Source: a virus
Taxonomy: Duplodnaviria > Caudoviricetes
Virus record (IMG/VR): IMGVR_UViG_3300019877_000001
Coordinates: 1 to 42,492 of that record
Direction: 5' to 3' (one strand)
Length of the DNA: 42,492 nucleotides
In this document: positions 34,445 through 42,492 of the stretch, piece by piece
Position numbering within the stretch: the stretch's first letter is position 1
Layout: each line of letters begins with the position of its first letter
Program-made: the position numbers and the translations under genes
Notes under the pieces: model-generated
The model's database searches: none
Told to the model about the DNA's origin: nothing
The model's input: only the letters and a program-made list of their open reading frames with translations

Positions 34445-36442
34445 TTACGCGTCGCGAGTGAAGGTCCAGTCGGCGTCGAAGTTGTGCGGGAAGTAGTAGC
34501 CCGTGTTCGGCACAGCCTTCACCGAGATACTGGCGCCGGCCGCGACTGCGGTCTGTGCGCCCGCGGACAGCGTCGCGTCGGTCAGCTGGTTCTTGTAGGT
34601 CACACCGGTGACGGTCGGGATCGTGGTGACACCCGTGGTGGTGTTGAAGGTCGGCGTCGTCGGCGTCGCCAGAGTGCCCGCACCGCGGAGCACGACCTGC
34701 GCGGTCTTGTGCTTCGTGAGTGCGCCGGACATCCGGCCCTCGATCAGGTATTTGTACTGGTTGTAGTCGATGTCGAAGTCGTCGAACGTGGTGATCTCGC
34801 CACCACGAGTCGAACCGATGGCATAGTCCGACAGGTTGACGATGATCATCAGGATCTCGGCGCCATCACGCTCGGCATCCTCCATCACCGGGACTTCGAC
34901 GATCTCGGTGACCTGCAGTTCCGCGGCCAGATCGGCCTTGGTGCGGTACAGACGACGACCGATGTTGTCCTTGGCAAGAAGCATGTCCGTCATGACCGCG
35001 TTCGTCATGTAGGCGGTCGGACCGGTGCCCTTGTAGTTGTATCGGGCACGGAGAACAGCTTCGACGATGTCTTCGCCGGTGACGTTGGCCGGAACCGTCA
35101 CGACATCGGTGTAGAACGGGTCGTCGTAGGCGATGGGTCGGATGTGCGACTCGTCGATCTTGTCCGGGTCGTCCACCTCGCGACCGTCGCTGATCAGAAC
35201 TGCGCGCGCGATCTCCTCGCGGAGCATGAAGCGCATCTCGACCCACATCCACGCGACCACGTCGAAGTCGGTGATGTCGACGATGTCGTCGCGGTCCAGC
35301 TTCTGCTTCTTGTAGATCGTCTTGGGCGTGGTCTCGCGCGTGGCGAGCGTGAAGAACTGTTCCTTCTTCAGCGTGCCCTTGATGTAGCCCTTCGCGCGCG
35401 CGGTCTCGTACGTGAGGTCCGCGGACAGAGACTTGATCCTGGAGAAGGGGAGCTTGCGAGTGCCGTTGAGCACACCCTCCACCCACTCCATGCGACGGGT
35501 GATCCACTCCGGCTTGGAATCGATCGCCTGCGCATCAGGGAAAAGAACTTCGATGTTCGTGATGCCGTAGTCCTCCGCGTGCGCGATGAAGGAACCCTTG
35601 AGGGTTCCCATCTTCGCCGCATCCTCGAGGATCGTGCCCATCTGCGCGTGCGTGAGGGTGGCAAGCGTGCGCGCAGCGTCGCCAGAACCACCGGTGTCGT
35701 TGTCCTTCTCGAAGACGTTGCGCGTCATCGTGTCCTTCTCCTTGTGTTCGAGGGTCGCGTCGTCGGACCCTTCGTCGTCCTTCTTGTCTGCCGGCTTCTT
35801 GTCCTGGCCATCTCCCTCGTCCGCCGGCTTGTCTTCCTTGCCTTCGGACGATTCGTCGTCGACGGCCGTCTGCTTCGCAGAGCCGAGAGCCTCGGCCAAC
35901 ATGAACTCGACGAGAGCCTTCTGCTTGGGGTTGAGCGAGTCGAACACGTCTTGGTAAGTCTCGGTCGTGTCGGCGTGCTCGAACTCCAACTCCAAGCCCA
36001 TCGTGATGATGGCCTCGTCGTCCAGCTCGGTGTATTCCGTACCGTCCCCGTGCGCGACACGGACGTAATCGATCTGAGCTCCGGGGTTGGCGCCCTTCAG
36101 AACGAGGCTCGTTTCACAGATTTCACCGTGAAGGACTTGCTTCTTCTTCTCGATGAGCTGGTTGGCATAGATGGACAAGGCCTTGACGTCCTTGTGTATC
36201 ACCAGTGCTTTGGAGCTCTTGCCGGCGTCCGTGTCGTTGAAGAAACCGTACCCGTAAACACCGTCGGGACGGGATTCGAGCTGGACGTGGCCGAGAACAT
36301 TTTCGGGCGTGTCGTGCATGTGCTGCCAAACAAGCGGCACCTGCATTTTGTCCATGTGCTTGAACGCTTCGGGCGTGATCGTCCGACCGTCCGTGCACTT
36401 GAGACCCGCCTTGGTTACGTAACCACCGAAATCGTGGTCCAC
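34445..36442 (-). CDS. Prohead protease-scaffold-major capsid protein fusion with C-terminal Ig-like domain
   Basis: HK97-type protease (VPLVWQH, LSI, ETSLV..GANPGA), acidic linker, then capsid domain. Confidence 0.9.
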   Translation of the reverse strand: MDHDFGGYVTKAGLKCTDGRTITPEAFKHMDKMQVPLVWQHMHDTPENVLGHVQLESRPDGVYGYGFFNDTDAGKSSKALVIHKDVKALSIYANQLIEKKKQVLHGEICETSLVLKGANPGAQIDYVRVAHGDGTEYTELDDEAIITMGLELEFEHADTTETYQDVFDSLNPKQKALVEFMLAEALGSAKQTAVDDESSEGKEDKPADEGDGQDKKPADKKDDEGSDDATLEHKEKDTMTRNVFEKDNDTGGSGDAARTLATLTHAQMGTILEDAAKMGTLKGSFIAHAEDYGITNIEVLFPDAQAIDSKPEWITRRMEWVEGVLNGTRKLPFSRIKSLSADLTYETARAKGYIKGTLKKEQFFTLATRETTPKTIYKKQKLDRDDIVDITDFDVVAWMWVEMRFMLREEIARAVLISDGREVDDPDKIDESHIRPIAYDDPFYTDVVTVPANVTGEDIVEAVLRARYNYKGTGPTAYMTNAVMTDMLLAKDNIGRRLYRTKADLAAELQVTEIVEVPVMEDAERDGAEILMIIVNLSDYAIGSTRGGEITTFDDFDIDYNQYKYLIEGRMSGALTKHKTAQVVLRGAGTLATPTTPTFNTTTGVTTIPTVTGVTYKNQLTDATLSAGAQTAVAAGASISVKAVPNTGYYFPHNFDADWTFTRDA

Positions 36443-36483
36443 GGCTGTCTCCTTCCGTATTCGATTTCAGAGCGAGTGGACGC

Positions 36484-37719
36484 TCAGGACGGTGGCTCTA
36501 CTAGTTGTAGCTTTGGTTGAGCCGGTGGAGGATTCACCCCTAGTTCAGATTGAGGCATATTGCTGTTTCGCAATTCATCCGCTTTTGCATCCTTCGCCGG
36601 AGCGAATCCTATGCCTTGGCGAATCTCATTCGAGCTCAGAATTTCATTTCGAGTGAATTTGTCGGCAATCTCGGCCAATTCGGTCGCGGGAATCAATGCG
36701 AATGGATCGCGGAAGAACATGATGCTCTGTCCTTGACTGCGGGCCGTCTTCGTCAACCACGATCGACGCATCGCTTCCACCGTCGAAGTCAGAATCGGTT
36801 TGATTGTTCGATTGTAGTAGTTCAGCATCACCGGTTGTGTAGCGGTACCATCCATGACTTCTTTGGTGATGCCCAATTGGCTGTACAGAAGTTCGGTCAG
36901 ATATTCAACCTGCTTCAAGAGATTGTTTTCTGAAGGGCGATTCAGCTGAGTGATCTTCTCGGTACCATCCGTATAAGCGATACCATACTGGCTGCCCTTG
37001 AGTTGGAACTCGATATCTTTCCGACGCTGCTCGGCCTGCAAACGACGGCTGTCAGACTTGATCACGTAAGGAAGCTGAATGATCATATCCAACTTGCCGG
37101 AGCTGGATTGCTCGTCAACCGCGTCTAGAAGATTCAGTTTTCGAACAAGTCGTTGCAGCGTTGAGTTAGGTTCGTTCATTACCGAATATAGCGGGTTTTG
37201 AACGATAGCAACGAATCGTTTGTCGAGATTGACTTCTTCTCGACGACCTATTTTTTCGTTGTAAGCCAGAACTCTGACTCGTTCTGGTGCCCAACGTACG
37301 ACCGTGCCAACCCGCAATGTTTGTATGTCGAAGCTTGCCGACACGTTTGGATTGATAGTCGTATCGACAGGCACAAGTACAGCAACGCCTTCGTCAAACA
37401 GCGTCATAACAAAGTCTTGGCGAAACTCCCTGGCTGCTTGGTCGATGTTTGCTTCGACAGTCAAGCAATTATTCAATCCGCTAACCATTTCGGATTCGAA
37501 ACGTCCTTGATCATCGAGGCGTACGTGCTTGATCGCCAAATCCGCGACGTCAATCGCGATGCGAGTGAGGATCGAAGATAGGATCGTCTTTTCATTCGTG
37601 AACCTGAGACGAGCTCTGTCTGGCCGAGTCCCGTACGAGGCTACCGACTCGAACGGCTCATGTTTATCTAGATTGACGAACGCGTTCCAGGCATGTTTAA
37701 ACCAGCTTTTGACAGACAT
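36484..37719 (-). CDS. Portal protein
   Basis: Between TerL and capsid; RIAIDVA...L...LTVEAN and ILSSNEIRQ.IG motifs. Confidence 0.9.
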   Translation of the reverse strand: MSVKSWFKHAWNAFVNLDKHEPFESVASYGTRPDRARLRFTNEKTILSSILTRIAIDVADLAIKHVRLDDQGRFESEMVSGLNNCLTVEANIDQAAREFRQDFVMTLFDEGVAVLVPVDTTINPNVSASFDIQTLRVGTVVRWAPERVRVLAYNEKIGRREEVNLDKRFVAIVQNPLYSVMNEPNSTLQRLVRKLNLLDAVDEQSSSGKLDMIIQLPYVIKSDSRRLQAEQRRKDIEFQLKGSQYGIAYTDGTEKITQLNRPSENNLLKQVEYLTELLYSQLGITKEVMDGTATQPVMLNYYNRTIKPILTSTVEAMRRSWLTKTARSQGQSIMFFRDPFALIPATELAEIADKFTRNEILSSNEIRQGIGFAPAKDAKADELRNSNMPQSELGVNPPPAQPKLQLVEPPS

Positions 37720-37739
37720 CCGTTACTTACCTCCTCCCA

Positions 37740-39485
37740 TCACTCGAACGCCTCCTTGTGTCCTTTGTATGCCACGTAAGCGTCCATTAGGGCCGCCACA
37801 TTATCAACTTTTTGATCAGTCCGCTTCTTAAGAAGCTTCCGGTTTCCGTTGGTGTCTTCCAGAGTGATCGCATTGCCCATTGTGAAAGACATCAGTTCTT
37901 CGTCAAAGATTAGAAGGCGTTGCTCACTTAGTTTCTTCAGTTCCCCGAGAGGGACTGATTCAGTCCTTGCACCCTGGATGACTTTCTCAATCCCAAATGG
38001 ACCGTTTTCTGCTTCCCAACGAGTAACGAATTCTTTTGAGTTGTACGGGTCGAAACCGAAGCAACGAACATCATACCGAAGCTCTTCGATATGGCGGTCG
38101 ACATCGTCATAAACTTCCATCATATCAAGCACCGTGCCCTCAAGCACGTGAAGGCTTCCTTCGCGCCTGAACATTTCGTATTTGTGACGGAGAGCGCCCG
38201 GCAATCGCATCAGGGTCAGGGATGTGATGTAGCTCCGCGTCTTAATTCCAAATTTCCCGTTGGGAAGTGGGAATAAGAATGTGAAAGCACAGAAGTCATC
38301 ACCTTGCGAAAGGTCCGCACCCAACGCACAAGGCATTTCCCAGAAATCAACCCGGGGATGGACTTCGGTTTCTTCATAGGTGAAGAAGTAAGTATATCCC
38401 TCCATGGGAATACCAAACCGCTTCGCCAAGATATCATTCCTAGCCGCGGGAGCTTTCTCCGCACGCTCAACATCGAGTTGGTATGTGTCGTACGTAATCG
38501 TTCGTCCGATGTTTGGGTTGGCTTTCACCCACATCTCAGGATTATTGACTTCGTCAAGCTCGTCCAGCTTGTAATGCCAAATGGAGACATGGGGCGCGAA
38601 GTACTCGCCCTTAAGAATCTCCTGCAACTCCATCTTGATGGTGTCGCCCGAACCATTTCGAACTGTTCCTTCAGAGCTGATGGCAATGATCAGATAATCG
38701 TCTAGTTTGGACGCACCCTGTTCAATTGCTCCGACAACGTCTTCGCGAATATCCCCCGAAAGCCACTCGTCGATGGTGGATACTTTCGGGCGAAGACCTT
38801 GAAGCTTCGCGATGGACATCGGACGAATCTCCAACAGACTGCCTGTTAGAAAATTCTCGATGCCTTTCTTTGTTGCGGCTAGCTTTTGACGAAGGAAACG
38901 ATTTCCTGTCGTGTTCTGCATTGAGCCTTGCGTCAAGAATTTGAACAGCGGGCCTTTTGCTCGAGTAATGGCGGTCCGAAACGGAGCCATTACTTCTTCG
39001 GCCTGCTTCATTGTTGGAGCTGTCGTGATTTGATGTGTGGTCGACGTATCGACATTCAAGAAGTACGCTTGTATGCATTCGGCGTACATGGACTTGGCTG
39101 CGCCACGAGCAACGATCAAGAACTGCTTCGTCGTCAGACGTTTCTTGATTGTCTTCGTTACGTAATGACCGCCTTGGCCATCTTCGTTTGGTTCCCAGAC
39201 AGATCGATCGACGTAATAGTACCAACCAAATATCTGCTCGGCCCACAACTTGAATGTGGGGAGAAGATGTAGGTCGGTACCATCAGTTAGAGTGAGCTCG
39301 CCTTCGCAATAAAGGACGAATCCTTCGACGGCTTTCTCGTCGTACCAAATATTCGGGTTGGCGATGAGTGCGTCGATCCGGTTCATCTCCGCCGAGACTT
39401 CACGGTTTACAGGGATCTCTCCCTTGAGAACCGCGTCTCGAAATTGACCGTAATAATACGGAGTCGCCGTGTTCGACAGCGTCAT
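37740..39485 (-). CDS. terL: Terminase large subunit
   Basis: Walker A VARGAAKS, Walker B TIDEW, nuclease GADLS..DD, FDPYN, KVDNVAALMDA. Confidence 0.93.
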   Translation of the reverse strand: MTLSNTATPYYYGQFRDAVLKGEIPVNREVSAEMNRIDALIANPNIWYDEKAVEGFVLYCEGELTLTDGTDLHLLPTFKLWAEQIFGWYYYVDRSVWEPNEDGQGGHYVTKTIKKRLTTKQFLIVARGAAKSMYAECIQAYFLNVDTSTTHQITTAPTMKQAEEVMAPFRTAITRAKGPLFKFLTQGSMQNTTGNRFLRQKLAATKKGIENFLTGSLLEIRPMSIAKLQGLRPKVSTIDEWLSGDIREDVVGAIEQGASKLDDYLIIAISSEGTVRNGSGDTIKMELQEILKGEYFAPHVSIWHYKLDELDEVNNPEMWVKANPNIGRTITYDTYQLDVERAEKAPAARNDILAKRFGIPMEGYTYFFTYEETEVHPRVDFWEMPCALGADLSQGDDFCAFTFLFPLPNGKFGIKTRSYITSLTLMRLPGALRHKYEMFRREGSLHVLEGTVLDMMEVYDDVDRHIEELRYDVRCFGFDPYNSKEFVTRWEAENGPFGIEKVIQGARTESVPLGELKKLSEQRLLIFDEELMSFTMGNAITLEDTNGNRKLLKKRTDQKVDNVAALMDAYVAYKGHKEAFE

Positions 39486-39500
39486 CGTCTACCCTCCTTT

Positions 39501-39980
39501 CTAGTACATGTCGTCGATGTTAAAGATCAGTCGTTTGTCACCCCAACAAGCTGCGATTCGGTTGAAATACAGCTTTGTGGGGAGAGCCTGCCTTCTGTAA
39601 CCGTCCGAATATACCGGAGGAACTTCATTGATTGCGGCCGCAGAACCAACTGGACCGATTGTCGCATGTGGTTTGAAGTCGAACCCGCTCTTGTCCCAAC
39701 TCTCGACAAGCTTCCTTGCCAGAAGAAGCTGAGGAGTTGGATAAAGAGTCAGGACATCGACTTGATCCATTCCTTCGCCCATTTGCTCGACGCCGGTTAC
39801 TGATAGATTGAAAATGCTGGTGATCTTGCAGACGGAAAGCGCATCTTTAGCCAACGAATTGAAATCGCTGGGCTGAAGATTGTCGATACTGTCTCCCCAG
39901 ACGAGGGTCATGTGCGGAAAGTCTTGCTTGCACCATGACCCATCGACTGGAAGAAAGGCGATCATCGCATCATTGCTCAT
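39501..39980 (-). CDS. 2H phosphoesterase family protein
   Basis: Two HxT motifs (FPHMTL, FKPHATI); ATGA-coupled start at 39980. Confidence 0.8.
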   Translation of the reverse strand: MSNDAMIAFLPVDGSWCKQDFPHMTLVWGDSIDNLQPSDFNSLAKDALSVCKITSIFNLSVTGVEQMGEGMDQVDVLTLYPTPQLLLARKLVESWDKSGFDFKPHATIGPVGSAAAINEVPPVYSDGYRRQALPTKLYFNRIAACWGDKRLIFNIDDMY

Positions 39981-40327
39981 GTCGCCACCTTCGTGGCCAA
40001 CTTGACGGCTTTCTTGGCGACCGCCTGCTGCACTTCTCGTTTGCCGATCTCCAGCATGGTGGACGCGATCCAACGACTGACTACGGGACGTTCGTTCGTG
40101 CTGAGTCGTTTGAATTGCTGCTCGAGATTCATGCGGTTGATTGCTTGCTGGAGCTCTGCGTTCGTCAGAGCCTTGGGCTTACTCGTCTTGGCACGCTTTC
40201 GGAGAGCCAATGCGGTAGCTGCGTCTTTCGAGGGGGGTTCTTTGGTGGAAGAGCCACCCCCCGAACGCTTGCCCCACTTCATTCCCTTGACACCGAAGTG
40301 TTCGAGGAAGTTCTCGACCGAAGTCAC
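39977..40327 (-). CDS. Small basic head-associated protein with HxGVKGMKWG motif
   Basis: FLEHFGVKGMKWG near the N-terminus; LTNAELQQAINRMNLEQQF; GTGA-coupled start. Confidence 0.75.
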   Translation of the reverse strand: MTSVENFLEHFGVKGMKWGKRSGGGSSTKEPPSKDAATALALRKRAKTSKPKALTNAELQQAINRMNLEQQFKRLSTNERPVVSRWIASTMLEIGKREVQQAVAKKAVKLATKVAT

Positions 40328-40701
40328 TCGTCCGGTGCCGTCGGAGTCAGCGGTGGTACCCACTTGACATCCTCCCTTTGCACGTTCATCCGCCATTCGA
40401 GTTCTTCGATCTGCTTCTTCAATGCCTCGACCAAATAGCCGGTTGTCGGAGGGTCAAAGAGTAGTCGAACTCGAAGGTAGACGTAGGTCTTGATGTGGTT
40501 CAGTCGTGGATCGCCCTCAAGGAAGGTGTCCCAGGTCGAATCTTTGTCCTCGATCATGAACCCTTCGTCGGGTCCGATGCCCAACTGGTTCAGCGTACTG
40601 AAGACCGAGTTGATGTGCATGATTACATCCGCATCGAACGGCGTGTAATCATCCGCGAGGTTCAACACTTTCTTAGTGCTGTCGAGAATGCTGTCGCTCA
40701 C
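40324..40701 (-). CDS. Head-tail connector-like protein
   Basis: SILDSTKK.L...FD.D.IMHIN...L.QLG...YVYL.V.LLFDPP...ELEWR. Confidence 0.65.
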   Translation of the reverse strand: MSDSILDSTKKVLNLADDYTPFDADVIMHINSVFSTLNQLGIGPDEGFMIEDKDSTWDTFLEGDPRLNHIKTYVYLRVRLLFDPPTTGYLVEALKKQIEELEWRMNVQREDVKWVPPLTPTAPDE

Positions 40702-40739
40702 TGGTCACCTCCCTTGAGAGCTCCCATTTTGACGTGGAC

Positions 40740-41591
40740 CTATCGCCGAAGCTGGCGATTGACTTCGGCCTGAACCTGTGCGTAGTTGTAGCCGGCGCCG
40801 GTCAGTCGCTGACGACGAACTGGACCGTTGCCCCACAGTCCCTTGATGACTTGCTGTGCGATCTCGTACAACGACGGTCTGTTCGCCGCTGGAGCACCGC
40901 CACCGATACGGCGATTCACCTCCAGCTGAATGTTCTCGTAGTTGTAGCCCGCGGCGACCAGTCGCTTCCGTCGGTCTTCGCCGTTCCCCCACCTGCCTTC
41001 GAGAACTTCCTGCACGATCTGATCGAACGTCTTGCCGCCAGAAGCAGGAGGGGAGGTAACGGGCTGCGTTGGTGCGGATCCGCCGCCGACGAAGTAGTCG
41101 TAGCTCATGTTGGCCAACTGGAGGGTCTGGATCATCACTCGATCGATGTACGGACCCGCACATGCCGTTGCCTTCCAGTGATGATGCACCACCAGGTTGG
41201 AACTCGTCGGCCGAGTGCCGATGATCTTGGCGAAGATCCAGCCAGCGAGCCTTGCCGCGGACTTCCAGGTGACCTCGGCAACGGGCCAGTCGCCACCGAC
41301 GGCCGAGTTGGCCATCTCGATGGAGATCGATTCCTGATTGCCGTTGGTGGATCCGCATGCCCACGCATACTCGTTGAGCCATGCGTACTGCGCAACAGCA
41401 CCAGCGCCGTCGACGTCCAGATGAGCCGAAGCAGGTCGGGTCTTCCAGACTTCGAGCACACCTTCGTGGCTCAGTCGACCTGCGTTGTGGTGAAGCGTGA
41501 CCATCGTCTTGCGATGTGTCGTGTGCGTGATGTGTCCGGTCTTGTTCAGCCCATCAATGAGCATCTTGACCGGCTGATCGTAAGCAGGCAT
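40740..41591 (-). CDS. Endolysin: amidase_2-type catalytic domain plus two CW_7 (Cpl-7) repeats
   Basis: TLHHNAG, SAH, AWACG...N..SISIEM, HHHW..TACAG; two EV..G.WGNG..R..RL..AGYNY..Q.EVN repeats. Confidence 0.9.
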   Translation of the reverse strand: MPAYDQPVKMLIDGLNKTGHITHTTHRKTMVTLHHNAGRLSHEGVLEVWKTRPASAHLDVDGAGAVAQYAWLNEYAWACGSTNGNQESISIEMANSAVGGDWPVAEVTWKSAARLAGWIFAKIIGTRPTSSNLVVHHHWKATACAGPYIDRVMIQTLQLANMSYDYFVGGGSAPTQPVTSPPASGGKTFDQIVQEVLEGRWGNGEDRRKRLVAAGYNYENIQLEVNRRIGGGAPAANRPSLYEIAQQVIKGLWGNGPVRRQRLTGAGYNYAQVQAEVNRQLRR

Positions 41592-41818
41592 CAGGCAGTA
41601 TCCTCCGCATCAGCCGCGTAGCTCACGAAGTTGGCCTTGGGGACGACGGCGCCGCCCTTGCCGTCCTGCGTTTCTCGTTCGAGAGCCGCCGGAATGTCTT
41701 CCTTGTCGTGAGGCTCGGCGACCTCGTAGTTGACTGTCGGATCGTATGGCTCGAGATCCGAAGTGAACTCCTCCTCGATGTCTTTGGCTTCGGTAGCCTT
41801 GTCGTGCTGGCCCATCAT
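41591..41818 (-). CDS. Small acidic hypothetical protein
   Basis: AAGGAG RBS; TGATG-coupled to the lysin. Confidence 0.7.
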   Translation of the reverse strand: MMGQHDKATEAKDIEEEFTSDLEPYDPTVNYEVAEPHDKEDIPAALERETQDGKGGAVVPKANFVSYAADAEDTA

Positions 41819-41823
41819 TCTCC

Positions 41824-42243
41824 TTACCAGAGTTTTGTATCGCCCGGAGTTCGGGGAGTATATGGTTTTGGAAGAAGACTTGCGTCCCCGTAATGAATTG
41901 CGTTATGTGTATCGTGCGTTGTGCTGATCAGAAACTCTGGATCAAGAGCCCATCGAGTCCCATGAACAATGTCGGCTTCGGTCAACGGATTGACGTGATG
42001 AATGATCAAGCGAGAGTGAATCTCGTAACCTTCTACGCCGAGATCGCATCCGTTGTCTCTCACTATGATCTTTTGGCGAAGAGAACGCCATTCGCGAGAC
42101 GTATAGAACTGCTGATTGATCCATCGATTGAAACCGAAGGTCTCACAGCCGACCGTGGCTCGTAAAGAAAGGTATTCATATCGCTCAAGGAACGTTTCGA
42201 ATTGTATCAGCTCCGAATAGGACCTAATCTTGGTACTCATCAT
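41824..42243 (-). CDS. HNH endonuclease (packaging-associated type)
   Basis: FY.SREW..LR..IIVRDNGC...IIHHVNP...L.....THNAIH. Confidence 0.85.
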   Translation of the reverse strand: MMSTKIRSYSELIQFETFLERYEYLSLRATVGCETFGFNRWINQQFYTSREWRSLRQKIIVRDNGCDLGVEGYEIHSRLIIHHVNPLTEADIVHGTRWALDPEFLISTTHDTHNAIHYGDASLLPKPYTPRTPGDTKLW

Positions 42244-42492
42244 ACTCTGGCTCCTCTTCGGACGAAGGATGACCGCTGTATGACCGCATTGCTTGAAGAG
42301 CTTGAGCGATCAGCTCTTCAGTTCGCTTTTCAGAGTCCATTACTTCGCGCTTTGTTTGCAGAAGAGCAACTTCGTTCTTCAAACGTTGCTGTTCGAGTCT
42401 TTCGCGAGACGATCCGAGCTTCAAGTAGTGCGTAATGACTTGAGCGGAGGCTTCGCCAGACTTCAACTGGTTCTCAGCGAGGTCTACAGCCG
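42224..42492 (-). CDS. Possible terminase small subunit (5' end outside the window)
   Basis: Frame is open to the edge (AVDLAENQLKSGEASAQVITHYLKLG...); coiled coil; lies before the HNH and packaging genes. Confidence 0.45.
   Translation of the reverse strand, partial: AVDLAENQLKSGEASAQVITHYLKLGSSRERLEQQRLKNEVALLQTKREVMDSEKRTEELIAQALQAMRSYSGHPSSEEEPEYDEYQD

Noticed and set aside
34229-36520. 763-aa plus-strand ORF and other long antisense ORFs (e.g. 32820-33842, 15650-16729, 26416-27459)
   Set aside because: They mirror real minus-strand genes with biased codon use and show no recognisable motifs.
32793-40733. 13-mer CTCCCATTTTGAC at 32793-32805 and 40721-40733 as a late promoter
   Set aside because: Only two copies, one inside coding sequence (SKWE); too little support.

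Overview
The window is a 42.5-kb internal fragment of a tailed dsDNA phage (siphovirus-type, probably infecting an actinobacterium, judging by the GC-rich codon use of the capsid and tail genes and the amidase/CW_7 lysin). All credible genes are on the minus strand. From the right end they are: a partial small-terminase-like gene, HNH nuclease, endolysin, head connector, 2H phosphoesterase, TerL, portal, protease-capsid fusion, head-tail and tail genes (including a second tail-tube paralogue), tape measure, Dit and minor tail proteins, and holin. Next come an accessory region of promoter-gene-terminator cassettes, DUF6353-like genes, a 1243-aa helicase-primase-exonuclease-PolB fusion, an SSB, small paralogous genes, an SF2 helicase, an AT-rich palindromic origin-like region and nucleases. 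The left end holds an 884-aa protein with the full motif series of a single-chain two-barrel (QDE-1/YonO-type) RNA polymerase. The most interesting signal is an apparently self-contained transcription system: (1) this compact RNAP, with HTH domains and a possible capsid-loading peptide; (2) six copies of a non-sigma70 promoter-like motif (TCGCA-RNAWWWAC-N6-TATRRT); (3) repeated terminators; and (4) at least three candidate structured non-coding RNAs, two complementary to each other and one also to the cassette promoter/leader sequence. No integrase, tRNA or CRISPR array was seen. All assignments come from reading motifs by eye; no searches were run.
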